DNA of 64,000 bases from positions 217 to 64,216 of the forward strand of contig CAYZYG010000014.1 in NCBI GenBank assembly GCA_964481395.1. The letters are read 5' to 3'. Positions 62,804-64,000 of the stretch are shown piece after piece; positions within the stretch are counted from its first letter, which is position 1; each line of letters opens with the position of its first letter. Source of the stretch: an uncultured Vicinamibacterales bacterium (lineage in GTDB: Bacteria; Acidobacteriota; Vicinamibacteria; Vicinamibacterales; JAKQTR01). The translations under genes and the position numbers were made by a program. The notes below the pieces were generated by a model that saw only the letters and a list, made by a program, of their open reading frames with translations, did not search any database and was not told the DNA's origin.

Positions 62804-64000
62804 ATGCGACGAACGGTCCTCGCGACTGTGGTGGCCTGTGGCCTGGCGACCGCGTCATCGGTTCTCTTCGCTCTCGGCACGTCCAGCGACGATCATGGAT
62901 GGGGACTGCGGACATCCAGAACTGGTCCCCGGTCCCAGGTCCCCGGTCCCCGTCCTCAGCCGCCCTTCCCTGCTGCCTTCGGGTTTCAGGGGACGGCCCC
63001 GCAGGAGTCCTCCGCCCAGGTCTTCCGCACGGGCGTCGAAATCGTGCGCCTGGATGTGCGGGTGACCGACGCCGACGGCGTCCCGATCCGAGACCTGCGC
63101 GCCGACGAGATCCAGGTCCTCGAAAGCGGCGACGAGCGCCCGATCGTCCTGTTCCAGCACGTCATCCAGCCGATCGGCACCTACGCGGACGTCGCCCGCC
63201 GGACCATCGCATCGGAGGTCTCGACGAACCAGGGCGCGCCGCGCGGCAACGTCTACGCGCTGGTCTTCGACCAGGGGCACATCACGGCCGGCAACGAACA
63301 GCGGGCCAGGATGGCCGCCGAGCGGTTCCTGCGCACGCGCGTGAAACCGGGCGACCGGGTCGCCCTGTACGCGGTCCCCGGCCCGGGCCCGCAGCTCGAG
63401 TTCACCGCTGACGCAACGCGCGCCGCAAAGGAACTCGTGGCAGTGCGCGGCACGCGACAGGACGAGCAGACCGGCGCGCTCGGGTCCATGCGCGTCTACG
63501 ACGCCTACGAAATCACGCGCGGCAACCAGGACGTGGTCACCCGCTACGTCAACCGCCTGGCGGACAATCCGACCTCGTCCGACCAGCCTGCGACGGCGAA
63601 CCGTCAGACCGTGCGGGTCGAGACGGAGGACCCGTCGGTGACCCGCCGCCTCGTGCAGGAGGACGCGCGGACGATTGTCAGCCGCGCTGACGGGGATGCG
63701 CGGCGGTTCCTGCAGGACCTGACGGCGATCGTCCGCACGTTGCGCGAGGTGGACGGCCGCAAGTCGGTCATCCTGTTCTCCGAAGGCTTCGCCATCGACC
63801 ACGTCCGCCAGGAGCTCGAGGACGTTGCGGCTGCGGCCGCGCAGTCGTACTGCCTGGTGTACGCGCTCGATCTCAACTCCCGCGCCGTCGATCTCAGCCA
63901 GGCCACGCCGCGCGATTCGGCGCTGGGAACCGAGATTCTGAGCCGCCTCGAGCCGCTCGGCAGTCTCGTCGCCGAGACCGACGGCGAGCTGTTCATCGAC
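62804..64000 (+). CDS. VWA-domain protein, VWFA-related Acidobacterial type (3-prime end runs off the window)
   Basis: ATG at 62804, MRRTVLATVVACGLATASSVLFALG, then FRTGVEIVRLDVRVTDADGVPIRDLRADEIQVLESG and VILFSEGF. The frame stays open to the window end. Not in the ORF track because of truncation. Confidence 0.8.
   Translation, partial: MRRTVLATVVACGLATASSVLFALGTSSDDHGWGLRTSRTGPRSQVPGPRPQPPFPAAFGFQGTAPQESSAQVFRTGVEIVRLDVRVTDADGVPIRDLRADEIQVLESGDERPIVLFQHVIQPIGTYADVARRTIASEVSTNQGAPRGNVYALVFDQGHITAGNEQRARMAAERFLRTRVKPGDRVALYAVPGPGPQLEFTADATRAAKELVAVRGTRQDEQTGALGSMRVYDAYEITRGNQDVVTRYVNRLADNPTSSDQPATANRQTVRVETEDPSVTRRLVQEDARTIVSRADGDARRFLQDLTAIVRTLREVDGRKSVILFSEGFAIDHVRQELEDVAAAAAQSYCLVYALDLNSRAVDLSQATPRDSALGTEILSRLEPLGSLVAETDGELFID
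62924..62951. repeat. heptamer array, GGTCCCC-type, 4 units, inside the predicted N-terminal linker of the VWA gene
   Basis: ggtcccc ggtccca ggtcccc ggtcccc. It encodes TGPRSQVPGPRP. Confidence 0.9.

Noticed and set aside
62855-63802. 315-aa minus-strand ORF at the right end of the window
   Set aside because: The plus strand encodes a convincing VWFA-related Acidobacterial-type protein, open to the window edge. The minus-strand ORF is its antisense shadow.

Overview
High-GC bacterial chromosomal segment. The taxonomic guess is Acidobacteriota, inferred from two VWFA-related Acidobacterial-type VWA proteins, Oar-like CarboxypepD_reg outer-membrane receptors and many secreted TPR/Sel1 proteins. 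I support about 49 protein genes, one tRNA-Glu(CUC), no rRNA, no CRISPR array, and no transposase, integrase or prophage genes.

Gene content, left to right:
- fabI (truncated by the window edge).
- A divergently transcribed arginine cluster: argR-argG-argH on the minus strand, argC-argB-argD-short NAGS-argJ on the plus strand. ARG-box-like operators lie between them, and four start/stop overlaps link the genes.
- A three-gene cohesin/dockerin/PAN-domain module.
- A PDZ-Sel1 protein, an RNA methyltransferase and a DUF2339 membrane protein.
- An orphan DGQHR (DndB-like) gene.
- An M14 peptidase, a penicillin-acylase-family protein, OsmC, and two TonB-dependent/Oar-like receptors.
- cyaY.
- A CHASE2 cyclase, an M48 protease and a cNMP-binding MscS channel in a row.
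- Ornithine cyclodeaminase, an M23 peptidase, ctaB with DUF420, and a beta-lactamase-fold/NamZ (DUF1343) fusion.
- Two tandem membrane-anchored sulfatase-like TPR paralogs.

The two most unusual things:
1. The cohesin-dockerin module has no enzyme partner. It consists of a membrane anchor with a cytoplasmic zinc ribbon, an adaptor carrying both a cohesin and a dockerin, and a 1002-aa cargo protein with nine copies of a four-Cys repeat I cannot name.
2. At least 20 short tandem arrays with a strict 7-nt period populate the window. The unit families are GGGGACC/GGGGATC, GCGACAG, GACAGTA/GATAGTA, GGGAGTC and CTGTCTT. They sit almost always right after stop codons and before terminator hairpins, with a sense-strand bias. 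A few lie inside the N-terminal linkers of secreted proteins.

Several families of hairpin-rich miniature repeats also occur, one pair flanking a gene as inverted copies.

Many long ORFs in the supplied track are antisense or out-of-frame artefacts of the high GC content and were rejected. All domain calls are by eye from motifs; no database search was run.
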